Shown: in pieces, positions 7,713-16,287 of the stretch
How the letters are laid out: every line of letters begins with the position of its first letter
Position numbering within the stretch: the stretch's first letter is position 1
Assembly (NCBI GenBank): GCA_042138065.1
Contig: JBHIUX010000001.1
Coordinates: forward strand, 1 to 51,714
Origin: Nitrosopumilaceae archaeon
GTDB taxonomy: Archaea; Thermoproteota; Nitrososphaeria; Nitrososphaerales; Nitrosopumilaceae
Length of the DNA: 51,714 nucleotides
Direction: 5' to 3'
The notes under the pieces: generated by a model
What the model saw: only the letters and a program-made list of their open reading frames with translations
What the model was told of the DNA's origin: nothing
Databases searched by the model: none
Translations under genes and position numbers: made by a program

Positions 7713-8980
7713 TAATCTTTCTTAAAGCCTTTAGGTAATGATCCTCTTGTACTTTGAGAATCCTTTGATGGCTCTTCAGTTTTTTGCTCATCATAAACAC
7801 TTCTAGTTTGTTGGTAACTTTGATCATCAACTAACTGTGCTTCTCCTCTAACAGTTTGATATCCTCCAGAACCCTCACTTGTTTGATAGGCTCTTAATCT
7901 GGAAGGATCAATTCCTGTTTGTTCTGTCTGTCCAGCCTCTGCTTTTAATTTTCTATTACTGATAATGAAAATTGCCCCGCCACCTACTGCAGCTAAACCT
8001 GCCATTCCATAAATGATTCCAACTGGAAATCCTCCAGTGGATGTTGTTGCATATCCTTCAGGTGGAGTTGGAGTAACGCCAACAATTTCAAGACCTCCTA
8101 AATTATCAATGGCGCCAAATCCTATTACTTGAAGATTAGCATTATCTGCTGATTGGACAGATCTTACTACATAGTTTTTATCAATTGTAAAATCAACTTC
8201 TTTTTCTTGTTCTACTTGTCTTCCTTCTCTTAAACTACTTTCACCCATGGTATAGCCTGAAACAACAAATCCAGAAATTTCTTGAGATAATCCCCATTGT
8301 GATGCATCAACATTAATTCCTGTTGGGTCAAACAAAAAGTGCCAATTAGTAAGTGGCTGATTCTTAATTCCGTCTGCATTAATCAAAGATTCAGACAACA
8401 AACTTTCAGCTTCTGTTCCTGAAATGAAGTTGTAAACAGCTGGTTCATTTTCTTTTAGCGTAGATATTGGTAAATTAATTTCCACTCCGTCAATTACAAT
8501 AGGTCCAGATATTGTCATCCCACGCCATCCCATATCTACTAGGGAACGCACTTGGTCCTGCTTTATTACATAATTTGTTAAAGTTCCAGAAAGAATCAGC
8601 TTGTAATCTATTGCAGTATTAGAGTTTCTTCCTGTTAATGTTGAAGAATACTCTACGTTCAATTCATCAATCTGTACCCCACTTCCATCGTTTCTAATTT
8701 TTTGATTTAATTTCTCACGCAAATCCATCACTCCTGGGTTAGACAAATCTGCTGACACTTCTGAATGTCGTGATTCTCCCCTTAACAAATCAAAAAGTTG
8801 ACCGCCTTCCAAATATTCAATGAAAACTGTTCTTTGGTATTTCATTTCAAAGTTAGAAGTTGGGTTCATTGGGACAATTCTAGCATCTAGTTGAGCAGCC
8901 CAGACCGAGGAAGTAGTGCTAAACACAATCAAAGTTGCTAATAGTACTGAAAAAACAATAACCTTCCCAGACACGATCAA
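7712..8980 (-). CDS. Exported, single-pass membrane-anchored protein with a Q/S/E/G-rich cytoplasmic tail (function unknown)
   Basis: 422 aa. N-terminal signal/anchor VIVFSVLLATLIVFSTTSSVWA. Near the C terminus is PPEGYATTSTGG followed by the TM helix FPVGIIYGMAGLAAVGGGAIFII, then NRKLK and an ~85-aa polar tail. TTG/GTG start region. Confidence 0.6.
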   Translation of the reverse strand: MIVSGKVIVFSVLLATLIVFSTTSSVWAAQLDARIVPMNPTSNFEMKYQRTVFIEYLEGGQLFDLLRGESRHSEVSADLSNPGVMDLREKLNQKIRNDGSGVQIDELNVEYSSTLTGRNSNTAIDYKLILSGTLTNYVIKQDQVRSLVDMGWRGMTISGPIVIDGVEINLPISTLKENEPAVYNFISGTEAESLLSESLINADGIKNQPLTNWHFLFDPTGINVDASQWGLSQEISGFVVSGYTMGESSLREGRQVEQEKEVDFTIDKNYVVRSVQSADNANLQVIGFGAIDNLGGLEIVGVTPTPPEGYATTSTGGFPVGIIYGMAGLAAVGGGAIFIISNRKLKAEAGQTEQTGIDPSRLRAYQTSEGSGGYQTVRGEAQLVDDQSYQQTRSVYDEQKTEEPSKDSQSTRGSLPKGFKKD

Positions 8981-9054
8981 AATCGAGGCTATCAGAGTAT
9001 TAAATCTATCCTAAATTCTCGCCTAGATTCCTGTTTTTGAAAAAGTAATATTTA

Positions 9055-10014
9055 GTGACAGCAACTGAAACATTGAGTTTTAGTTTGGTCAAAAATGTAG
9101 CAATTTTAGCGGGAGGAACAGGATCTGTTAAATTAGTTCGGGGTATTGTTTCACAAGAGACTAACACCAGTGTTGTAAGTAACGTAGGAGACAATTACTG
9201 GCTTTATGGAATGTATGTTTGCCCAGATATTGATACAATAATTTACGGCCTGGCGGATTTATTAGATTACGAAAGAGGTTGGGGTATCAAAAATGACACC
9301 TTCAATTTTCTTCGACAAATGGAAGTATTTGGAGAGGAAACATGGTTTAGGATTGGCGATAGAGATGCAGCAACGCATCTAATCAGAACCAACATGCTAA
9401 AGAATGGAAAAAATCTGAGCGATATTACAAAGTGGATGTGTGAAAAATTTGCAGTAGGTGCAAAAATCATCCCTGTGACAGATAATAGTGTAGAAACAAG
9501 AATTATCACAGACAAAGGTGAACTTCATCTTCAAGAATTTTGGGTAAAATATAGAGGAAAAGATAAAGTTGAAGGAATTCAATACGTTGGTGCAGATAAG
9601 GCCAGGCCAAATCCTGAAGCAATAAACGCAATTCATGATTCTGATCTTGTTATTCTTGCACCTGGAAATCCATTGACTAGCATTGGACCAATGTTGCAAA
9701 TCAAAGGAATTAGAAAAGAACTATCCAAAATAAAGAAAAAAGTTATCGCTGTAAGTCCATTAATTGGAGATAAAGCAATTAGCGGACCTGCAGGAAAGTA
9801 TATGGAAGCTGCAGGCATTGAAGTAAATTCTTATGGATTGGCAAAAATGTATTCTGATGTTTGCTCAAACATTGTTGTAGACTCTAAGGATAAATTACAT
9901 GCAAGGAAAATTCAGAACTTGGATATGAATGTCTATGAAACTAAGATAACTATGAAAACAAAACAGGCTGAAGATGCATTAGCATCTTTTATTTTAAAAC
10001 AAATTCGCATCTAG
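9055..10014 (+). CDS. cofD: 2-phospho-L-lactate transferase (F420 biosynthesis)
   Basis: N-terminal VAILAGGTGSVKLVRG, 319 aa, directly followed by cofC. GTG start in the track. Confidence 0.85.
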   Translation: MTATETLSFSLVKNVAILAGGTGSVKLVRGIVSQETNTSVVSNVGDNYWLYGMYVCPDIDTIIYGLADLLDYERGWGIKNDTFNFLRQMEVFGEETWFRIGDRDAATHLIRTNMLKNGKNLSDITKWMCEKFAVGAKIIPVTDNSVETRIITDKGELHLQEFWVKYRGKDKVEGIQYVGADKARPNPEAINAIHDSDLVILAPGNPLTSIGPMLQIKGIRKELSKIKKKVIAVSPLIGDKAISGPAGKYMEAAGIEVNSYGLAKMYSDVCSNIVVDSKDKLHARKIQNLDMNVYETKITMKTKQAEDALASFILKQIRI

Positions 10015-10015
10015 T

Positions 10016-10648
10016 TTGAAAATATCTGCTATAATTCCTGTAAAAACATTTTCTAATGCTAAAAAACGTTTAGACGTTGATGATGACAAAAAAATTACAA
10101 TTTGTAAATTAATGTTTGAAGAAGTTTTGCAAACATTGTCAGTTTCAAGTCATATTGATCAAATTATTGTTGTTTCAAAAGATGAAGAAGCATTACAAAT
10201 TTCAAAAAAATTTAATCCAATTCAACTTGCTGATAATGAAACTGGAGTAAATGCAGCAGTTGCAATAGCTGATGATTATGTTAAGAAAAATGGTTTTGAT
10301 GCATCAATCGTCTTTCCTCAGGACATCCCCTTCATGAAAACTCAAGATATTGACTTTTTATTACAATTTCAAAACCCTCCTAAATTCTCGTTAATAGTTC
10401 CTTCAAGAAGATTTGATGGGACTAACGCCCTTGTCAGGATGCCTGTCGATTTAATGAAAACTCATTATGATGAGGATAGTTACAAAATTCATCTTTCAAC
10501 AGGCAAATCTTGCACTCCAAACACCTCACTAGTCTTTGTGAAAAGAATAATGATGGATGTTGATAACATGGATGATCTTCAATTTTCTCTCTCACAAAAC
10601 GAAAAACCTGCTTTTTCGAAGAAAATTTTACAAATTTTAGGTTCCTGA
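10016..10648 (+). CDS. cofC: 2-phospho-L-lactate (or phosphoenolpyruvate) guanylyltransferase (F420 biosynthesis)
   Basis: MKISAIIPVKTFSNAKKRL N-terminus, 210 aa, starting 2 nt after the cofD stop. Confidence 0.8.
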   Translation: MKISAIIPVKTFSNAKKRLDVDDDKKITICKLMFEEVLQTLSVSSHIDQIIVVSKDEEALQISKKFNPIQLADNETGVNAAVAIADDYVKKNGFDASIVFPQDIPFMKTQDIDFLLQFQNPPKFSLIVPSRRFDGTNALVRMPVDLMKTHYDEDSYKIHLSTGKSCTPNTSLVFVKRIMMDVDNMDDLQFSLSQNEKPAFSKKILQILGS

Positions 10649-10728
10649 AATAAGAAATTAGCGCAATTTTTATATACAATGATTCAGCAAATGTTAAATA
10701 CAACTAATCAGGGATTTGGCGAATTGTT

Positions 10729-11640
10729 ATGGTAAAAAGTGTAAACCCAAAAGATAGATGTCCTAGATGTGGAAAAGGAACTCTTGTTACAGATGCAAAC
10801 ACCGGAGAAAATTTCTGTAGCAAATGTGGCTTTGTAATTACTGAAAAAGTAGAAGAATCGGGACCTGAATGGAGATCATTTTCTAAAGAAGAACATGAAG
10901 GACGAAGTAGAGCAGGTGTTCCAACATCATTAGCTATGCATGATATGGGACTTGCAACAATTATTGGACCTACTGATAGAGATGCAACTGGAAAACCATT
11001 ATCTGCATCAATGCGAAGTACAATTGAAAGATTAAGAACGTGGGATAGTAGGAGTCAGGTTCATGAACCCGTTGATAGAAATTTTAGACAAGCATTTAGT
11101 GAATTAGACAGACTAAAAGACAAACTGGCCGTCGGTGACGCAGTAATTGAAAAAGCTGCTTACATCTATAGAAAGGCTCTTGAAAAAGGACTAGTTCGAG
11201 GCCGTTCAATTTCAGCATTAATTGCATCAGCTCTTTATGCTGCATGTCGTGATACAGAAACACCAAGAACTCTAAAAGACATTGGTAATGCTAGTAACAT
11301 AAAAAGAAAAGACATTGCTAGATGTTATCGTCTTCTCTTGCGAGAACTAAGTTTGAAAATGCCAGTAGTTGATCCAATCAAATGTGTGGCACGAATTGCT
11401 AGCAAAGCTGGACTATCAGAAAAAACTAAACGAGAAGCAACAAAAATTCTTCAAACTGCAGAAGAAATCAAAATTTCTGCTGGAAAAGATCCTATGGGGT
11501 TAGCTGCTGCTGCACTATATGTTGCATGTGTTACAAATGGTGAAAACAAAACACAGCGTGATGTGGCAGAAGCTGCAGGTGTAACAGAGGTTACAATAAG
11601 AAATAGGTACAAAGGCCTAAAAATAGCCTTAAATCTCTAA
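10729..11640 (+). CDS. tfb: Transcription initiation factor IIB (TFB)
   Basis: N-terminal zinc ribbon CPRCGKGTLVTDANTGENFCSKCG, followed by two cyclin-fold repeats (SALIASALYAACR..., GLAAAALYVACV...VTEVTIRNRYK). Confidence 0.95.
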   Translation: MVKSVNPKDRCPRCGKGTLVTDANTGENFCSKCGFVITEKVEESGPEWRSFSKEEHEGRSRAGVPTSLAMHDMGLATIIGPTDRDATGKPLSASMRSTIERLRTWDSRSQVHEPVDRNFRQAFSELDRLKDKLAVGDAVIEKAAYIYRKALEKGLVRGRSISALIASALYAACRDTETPRTLKDIGNASNIKRKDIARCYRLLLRELSLKMPVVDPIKCVARIASKAGLSEKTKREATKILQTAEEIKISAGKDPMGLAAAALYVACVTNGENKTQRDVAEAAGVTEVTIRNRYKGLKIALNL

Positions 11641-12621
11641 CCTTTCTTTCTTTTTGAAACTATATCTATTAAGGAACATTATTGCTATTGATATTATCCC
11701 TAGAGCAATAAACAAAATTTCAAAAGTCATCATTAATGAGTGCTCAAAGGCTTGTTCCACAGTAACTTCTGCAAAATCAGAAATCATGTAAACATATGAA
11801 AATACAAAATAATTTGTTGCCCAATGAATCAAAATTGCAGATACTAAACCCATTCTAAAATAAACCCATCCAATTATAATTCCGCCCACAGTTGCCTGGG
11901 TAAACTTTCCAGTACTCCATGGTTCTCCTGATAGAATGTGGGCAACTCCAAAAAAAACTGCGACAACTACAATCAAAATAATTGCTTTTCTAGAATCAAA
12001 AACATCTAGATTATCAGATGGATTCCATAGTGATTTGAAAAAATGTGAAAATGATGTTTTATGAGAATAAAATACAAAAAGAGGAAGTCCAATCAACAAA
12101 ACCCTAAATCCAATTTCTTCTATAATTGGGGCAATAGTAACATCATAAAATCGAATTAATTCGTTTTGAGCAGCTGGGGCTTCTATGGTTATGCCTACAC
12201 TTTCTTGAACAAAATTAATCATTCCAGAAATTAGAACAAGAATGCTGAACCACTTTATTGTGGTTACCAAATAATTTGATTCAAGCGGTTGCTTTCCTTC
12301 TGCAATCATTGGCGTAAGTGTTTTTAGCAAATCTCTTTTTGGACCCAGAAATGAAATTGTAAATAAAATTAAAAATAAAATCCAAATGACAATAAATGCA
12401 TCCCCAAGCTCAAACTCTATTGGGACTTCAAACCCAATTCCGCCTAGGAAAAAATTAAAACCACTTAACGGATATTCAAAATTTATTTCATTTCCAATAT
12501 TGCTATTAAATACAACAAAAGCTCCAATTGGGAAAGAAAGAACCATCATGCCAAAAACAATTGAAATTAAAGCTGCATATGGAATTCCTAATCCTTGAAG
12601 AGCTTTGTTGATTTTATTCAA
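11629..12621 (-). CDS. CPBP-family (CAAX/Abi-like) intramembrane metalloprotease
   Basis: Polytopic protein with motifs EEIGFRVLL (EExxxR), FFGVAHIL (FxxxH) and HWATN. Its 3' end overlaps tfb by 12 nt (convergent). Confidence 0.8.
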   Translation of the reverse strand: MNKINKALQGLGIPYAALISIVFGMMVLSFPIGAFVVFNSNIGNEINFEYPLSGFNFFLGGIGFEVPIEFELGDAFIVIWILFLILFTISFLGPKRDLLKTLTPMIAEGKQPLESNYLVTTIKWFSILVLISGMINFVQESVGITIEAPAAQNELIRFYDVTIAPIIEEIGFRVLLIGLPLFVFYSHKTSFSHFFKSLWNPSDNLDVFDSRKAIILIVVVAVFFGVAHILSGEPWSTGKFTQATVGGIIIGWVYFRMGLVSAILIHWATNYFVFSYVYMISDFAEVTVEQAFEHSLMMTFEILFIALGIISIAIMFLNRYSFKKKERLEI

Positions 12622-12628
12622 ATTGTTT

Positions 12629-12937
12629 CTAGTGTAATTCTATTGTTGATTCCGCAAATCCCAAACCCACTAGTGTTTCTTTAATTGTATCTCTATGATC
12701 TCCTTGCAAGAAAATGTAGCCATCTTTTGCAGTACCTCCGCATGCATATTTGCTTTTTAATTCCTTTGCCACGCTCTCAAGATTGTTTAGTTTAGGATCT
12801 AATCCTTCAATCATTGTACCTTTTTTCTTAAATCGTCTAGTTTCTAATCGAATTACAATTTTAGTGCTATCTTTGGCAAGTTCACCACATGCGCATAAAT
12901 CTTCAGGAAGGCCACAAGTATTACAAATAACTGCCAT
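12629..12937 (-). CDS. Translation initiation factor aSUI1 (eIF1 homologue)
   Basis: 102 aa. CNTCGLPEDLCACG N-terminal knuckle plus the SUI1 core (IVIRLETRRFKKKGTMIEGL...LKSKYACGGT...IFLQGDHRD). Confidence 0.9.
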   Translation of the reverse strand: MAVICNTCGLPEDLCACGELAKDSTKIVIRLETRRFKKKGTMIEGLDPKLNNLESVAKELKSKYACGGTAKDGYIFLQGDHRDTIKETLVGLGFAESTIELH

Positions 12938-13041
12938 TCGTTCGAAATCATTCCTATAAACATACTATTAAGCCTTATCAGAAAAAATCTAGTAATCATT
13001 GTTTAAGATGGTTTTTTACAAGGATTTTTGTAGAAAAACAA

Positions 13042-13374
13042 ATGTCAAAAGATCTTACCAAAAAAGCGGTAGATATGTTGCTTAAAGGAGCAACTTTGCT
13101 AAGTGAGCCTTGTCCTTATTGCAAAGGGGTTAGGGTAATGATGAATGGTGATGCATTATGCGTAAGTTGTGGCAAAAAACCTGAAAAATCCTATGTTGAA
13201 CCAAATGAGGAAAAACAAGAAAAACCCTCACCTGCTATTGAAATCCTTGAGAAAAAACTTCAATCTCTTTCAAAAGAACTTGAAAATGAAAAGGATCATG
13301 AAAAGCAGCAATTAATCCTAAAATCGATAAATTCCCTCATAGAAAGCATCTCAAAGCTGAAAAACCAGCAATAA
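13042..13374 (+). CDS. Zinc-ribbon protein of the UPF0148 / autoantigen-p27-like family
   Basis: LLKGATLLSEPCPYCKGVRVMMNGDALCVSCG, followed by a charged coiled tail. 110 aa. Confidence 0.55.
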   Translation: MSKDLTKKAVDMLLKGATLLSEPCPYCKGVRVMMNGDALCVSCGKKPEKSYVEPNEEKQEKPSPAIEILEKKLQSLSKELENEKDHEKQQLILKSINSLIESISKLKNQQ

Positions 13375-13376
13375 AG

Positions 13377-13384
13377 TTTTTATT
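13377..13384 (+). promoter_or_regulatory. TATA-like box (TTTTTATT) about 30 nt upstream of the Sec61-beta ATG
   Basis: Position and composition only. Confidence 0.25.
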
Positions 13385-13411
13385 CTAAAATCCTGACTTT
13401 GTAAATCAACT

Positions 13412-13579
13412 ATGAGTAGCAAAAAGAAAGGAGCACCACTACCGGCATCTAGTGCAGGTCTGTTAAGATTCTTTGAAGATGAGACAAAAGGATTCAAAAT
13501 AGATCCAAAAATTGTGGTTACTATTCCAATTAGTCTTATTGCAATTTCATGGGCAATTGACATATTTCTAGCTCCGTGA
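13412..13579 (+). CDS. secG: Preprotein translocase subunit Sec61-beta (archaeal SecG)
   Basis: 55 aa, below the track cutoff: MSSKKKGAPLPASSAGLLRFFEDETKGFKIDPKIVVTIPISLIAISWAIDIFLAP. It has the SAGLLRFF motif and a single C-terminal TM tail-anchor. The antisense track ORF 13351..13677 is spurious. Confidence 0.75.
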   Translation: MSSKKKGAPLPASSAGLLRFFEDETKGFKIDPKIVVTIPISLIAISWAIDIFLAP

Positions 13580-13586
13580 TTAAAAA

Positions 13587-15332
13587 ATGGAAGAGTCCCC
13601 AGATCATGTTTCTCGTATTCATAAAAGATATTCATTTTCATTATTAACACCTGCTCACCGTTCTCAATCCTTAGCAATCTCTATTGGGATTACTGCAGCA
13701 CTTGTATTCACTGTAGTTTACAATTATCTTCAAAACGATGAAATTTTTCTTAGGCTAGGATTGGTCTTAGCAGCTCTTGTAATTACACAATTAATTGATT
13801 CATGTTTTATTAAAAATAAAGAATATTCTAAATCCCTTCACATGTCATTATTTGGAAATCTAATTTGGCTTATCACTGCACTTTTAGGCCTAGCATCAGT
13901 TTCAATTTTTTCAAAAATAGAACCTTCATTAATTGTCATAACTATTGGTATGTTTTTGTTTGCAAGCTTTAGAATCGGATTGCTTACCACTGTATTGGGA
14001 TTAAAAATTAGAAATGCTATGGCATTATGTTTACTGCAACCACTTGCCATGTATTTTGCGCTAATTCCACAAAACATGTGGATGCCAACTCTTGGTGACC
14101 CCTTAGCTTTGAGTTTTGGAATAGTCTTCCTTACATTGGCATCTACTTGGTCCTATTTTACAGATAAAGCTGGCAGACCAGAAGTTAAAAGCACACACGA
14201 ACTTGTTCAGGCTTATCTTTCATCAATTGGAAAAAATGATTTATCTGAAATGGAAAATCTTATTGAAAAACGCTCAAAACCAAAAACAGTTAGCACTTCT
14301 CAAATTAGATTGAAAACTAAAGATAAAAACTCTGAATTTAGGCTAGTTTTACCAGAAATCCACCCTGGCCCCTACCATCCAATTGGAGGAAGCAATATTC
14401 CATACCTGATTTTCAAAAATCTTGATTCTTCTGCTATGGTGATGCATAGTATCTCTGATCATTCACTTAACCTTCCATCTCAAAATGAGGTGAATAATTA
14501 TTTGCAAAGTCTTTCGACTGATTCAATATCTCAGGAAGGTTTGACTTGCACAGAACCTGTAACTGTTCAAATTAACAAAGCCAGGGCAATTGGACTGTTA
14601 TTTGGGAAAAACGCCTTGTTGTTTTTGTCTTTATCTCCCCACGGCATGGAAGACTTGCCAAGTTATGTAAAAACAGAGATTGAACAATACTCAAAAAATA
14701 GAATGTTTGAAAGAGTCATGGTTGTTGACTGTCATAACGCAATGGGAAAAGAAATCTCTAAAACAAATTCTGAAGACATGTTAACTGCAGCAAAATCCTG
14801 TCTTGACACATTAATGACAAAGGAAAATCATCCTCTTGAATTTGGTTATGCAAATTCTAAAGACATGAATCTTAATGCACATGATTTAGGAATGGGAGGA
14901 ATTGGTGTTTTGTGTTTGAAAATTAATAATAAAAAATATTTTCTTGGATGGGCAGACGCAAATAATATGGAAAATGGGGTTCGAGAGAAAATAATTAACT
15001 ATTTTTCAAAAAATGGCTACCATCTATTGGAGCTTTGCACTTCTGATACCCACTATTCGTCTGTTAAAGTCAGAAACAAAAATGGATATTATCAATTAGG
15101 ATTTATCACCGATTCACCAACACTGTCCTCTTGGTATTTGGATATTGCCAAAAATTCAGAGAAAAACATACAACCAGCTCAATTCGAAATTATTGAAAGT
15201 CAAACAAATGTTAAAGTGATGGGCCCAAAAATTTTTGAAGACTATTCTAATGCACTTGACAAATCGTTACGATTAACCAAAGGATTTGCAATTGGTGGCT
15301 TTGCCTTGTTTATTGCTAGTTTGATTTTATAG
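13587..15332 (+). CDS. Polytopic membrane protein with large C-terminal soluble domain, DUF2070-like
   Basis: 581 aa, with about 6 N-terminal TM helices, a soluble region and a final TM. The architecture and size match my recollection of archaeal DUF2070. Confidence 0.5.
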   Translation: MEESPDHVSRIHKRYSFSLLTPAHRSQSLAISIGITAALVFTVVYNYLQNDEIFLRLGLVLAALVITQLIDSCFIKNKEYSKSLHMSLFGNLIWLITALLGLASVSIFSKIEPSLIVITIGMFLFASFRIGLLTTVLGLKIRNAMALCLLQPLAMYFALIPQNMWMPTLGDPLALSFGIVFLTLASTWSYFTDKAGRPEVKSTHELVQAYLSSIGKNDLSEMENLIEKRSKPKTVSTSQIRLKTKDKNSEFRLVLPEIHPGPYHPIGGSNIPYLIFKNLDSSAMVMHSISDHSLNLPSQNEVNNYLQSLSTDSISQEGLTCTEPVTVQINKARAIGLLFGKNALLFLSLSPHGMEDLPSYVKTEIEQYSKNRMFERVMVVDCHNAMGKEISKTNSEDMLTAAKSCLDTLMTKENHPLEFGYANSKDMNLNAHDLGMGGIGVLCLKINNKKYFLGWADANNMENGVREKIINYFSKNGYHLLELCTSDTHYSSVKVRNKNGYYQLGFITDSPTLSSWYLDIAKNSEKNIQPAQFEIIESQTNVKVMGPKIFEDYSNALDKSLRLTKGFAIGGFALFIASLIL

Positions 15333-15948
15333 TTTCAATCTCATCTAAATTTCCGTAAAATTCGTCAACAAATGAGGAGAATTTTTGAATTGGAACAATT
15401 GGAACTTTGTCAACAAAAGAAATCTCTTCTTCATATAGTGTCACAATAGCTGGAACTGCCATTGCCCCTGGGGTCTTAGAAACATATTTTTTTGTTCGTT
15501 CTATCTGCTTTTTCACTGCGGTTTGAATTGCAGACGTACTAGTTCTTTTCCAATGCTTACAATCAATCAATACTGCCACACCAATTTTGATACCTACAAC
15601 ATCAATTTCCATTCTAGGCTTTGTTAAAATCATATTTCTTATGGTACCAAAACCCTTTGATTCCAAAATCTCTGCCACAAGACCTTCAAAATCTTTCCAG
15701 TCAATATGTTCAGCTACCTCATCAATTGTTGCACCTTTCTCTAAAATTAAAAGAGCAAACTTTAACCTGTCTCCTGAATCAAAATTAAATAAATTATCAT
15801 TCTTTGAACCAATTCCATTTTTAATTAATTCATCAAGAATTTTTCTTGCAGTAATTTGATCTGTTTTTGCTACAATCGAAAAATCTTTAATTGAAATTCC
15901 TCCTGGAATGATTCCATCAAGTCCTTGTACATATGGTTTAAGAAACAT
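15316..15948 (-). CDS. Restriction-endonuclease-fold (Mrr-cat / PD-(D/E)xK) nuclease with N-terminal winged-helix-like region
   Basis: C-terminal half reads FEGLVAEILESKGF...EIDVVGIKIGVAVLIDCKHWK, giving E ... D ... D-x-K spacing typical of Mrr-like catalytic cores. 210 aa. Confidence 0.5.
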   Translation of the reverse strand: MFLKPYVQGLDGIIPGGISIKDFSIVAKTDQITARKILDELIKNGIGSKNDNLFNFDSGDRLKFALLILEKGATIDEVAEHIDWKDFEGLVAEILESKGFGTIRNMILTKPRMEIDVVGIKIGVAVLIDCKHWKRTSTSAIQTAVKKQIERTKKYVSKTPGAMAVPAIVTLYEEEISFVDKVPIVPIQKFSSFVDEFYGNLDEIETIKSN

Positions 15949-16046
15949 TGTAGATGTTTTTTTATTTTAAATGTTATACAAAAGTTTTGAAAGTAGTTGT
16001 GAAAAATTCTTATTTTAAAAAATATGACGTTTAAGCATATTTCAGC

Positions 16047-16196
16047 TTAAAAACTTCTTCTTGGTTTAAATTTTCTATGTTTTGGTAAACACTCTCGGCA
16101 ATAAACTGGCCTTCCTTCTTTTGGTTCAAAAGGTACCTCGGATTCTTTGCCGCAATCAGAACATGTACAAGGGTACATTTTCCTTTCTTCTGACAT
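16047..16196 (-). CDS. Small CxxC-x17-CxxC zinc-ribbon protein
   Basis: 49 aa, below the track cutoff: MSEERKMYPCTCSDCGKESEVPFEPKEGRPVYCRECLPKHRKFKPRRSF. It has a clean ATG and TAA and sits in an otherwise empty 339-bp gap. Confidence 0.55.
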   Translation of the reverse strand: MSEERKMYPCTCSDCGKESEVPFEPKEGRPVYCRECLPKHRKFKPRRSF

Positions 16197-16287
16197 TAAT
16201 TGTTCCAATTTTTACTAGTATAATAATCAATAGAAAAATAATCCTTGATTAAAGATCTTTAATTATGTCAGTTGTAAACGCAACTTT

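Noticed and set aside
13351-13677. Track ORF 13351..13677 (108 aa, minus strand)
   Set aside because: It lies antisense to the clear Sec61-beta gene (13412..13579) and to the start of the DUF2070-like gene. Its translation has no recognisable features.
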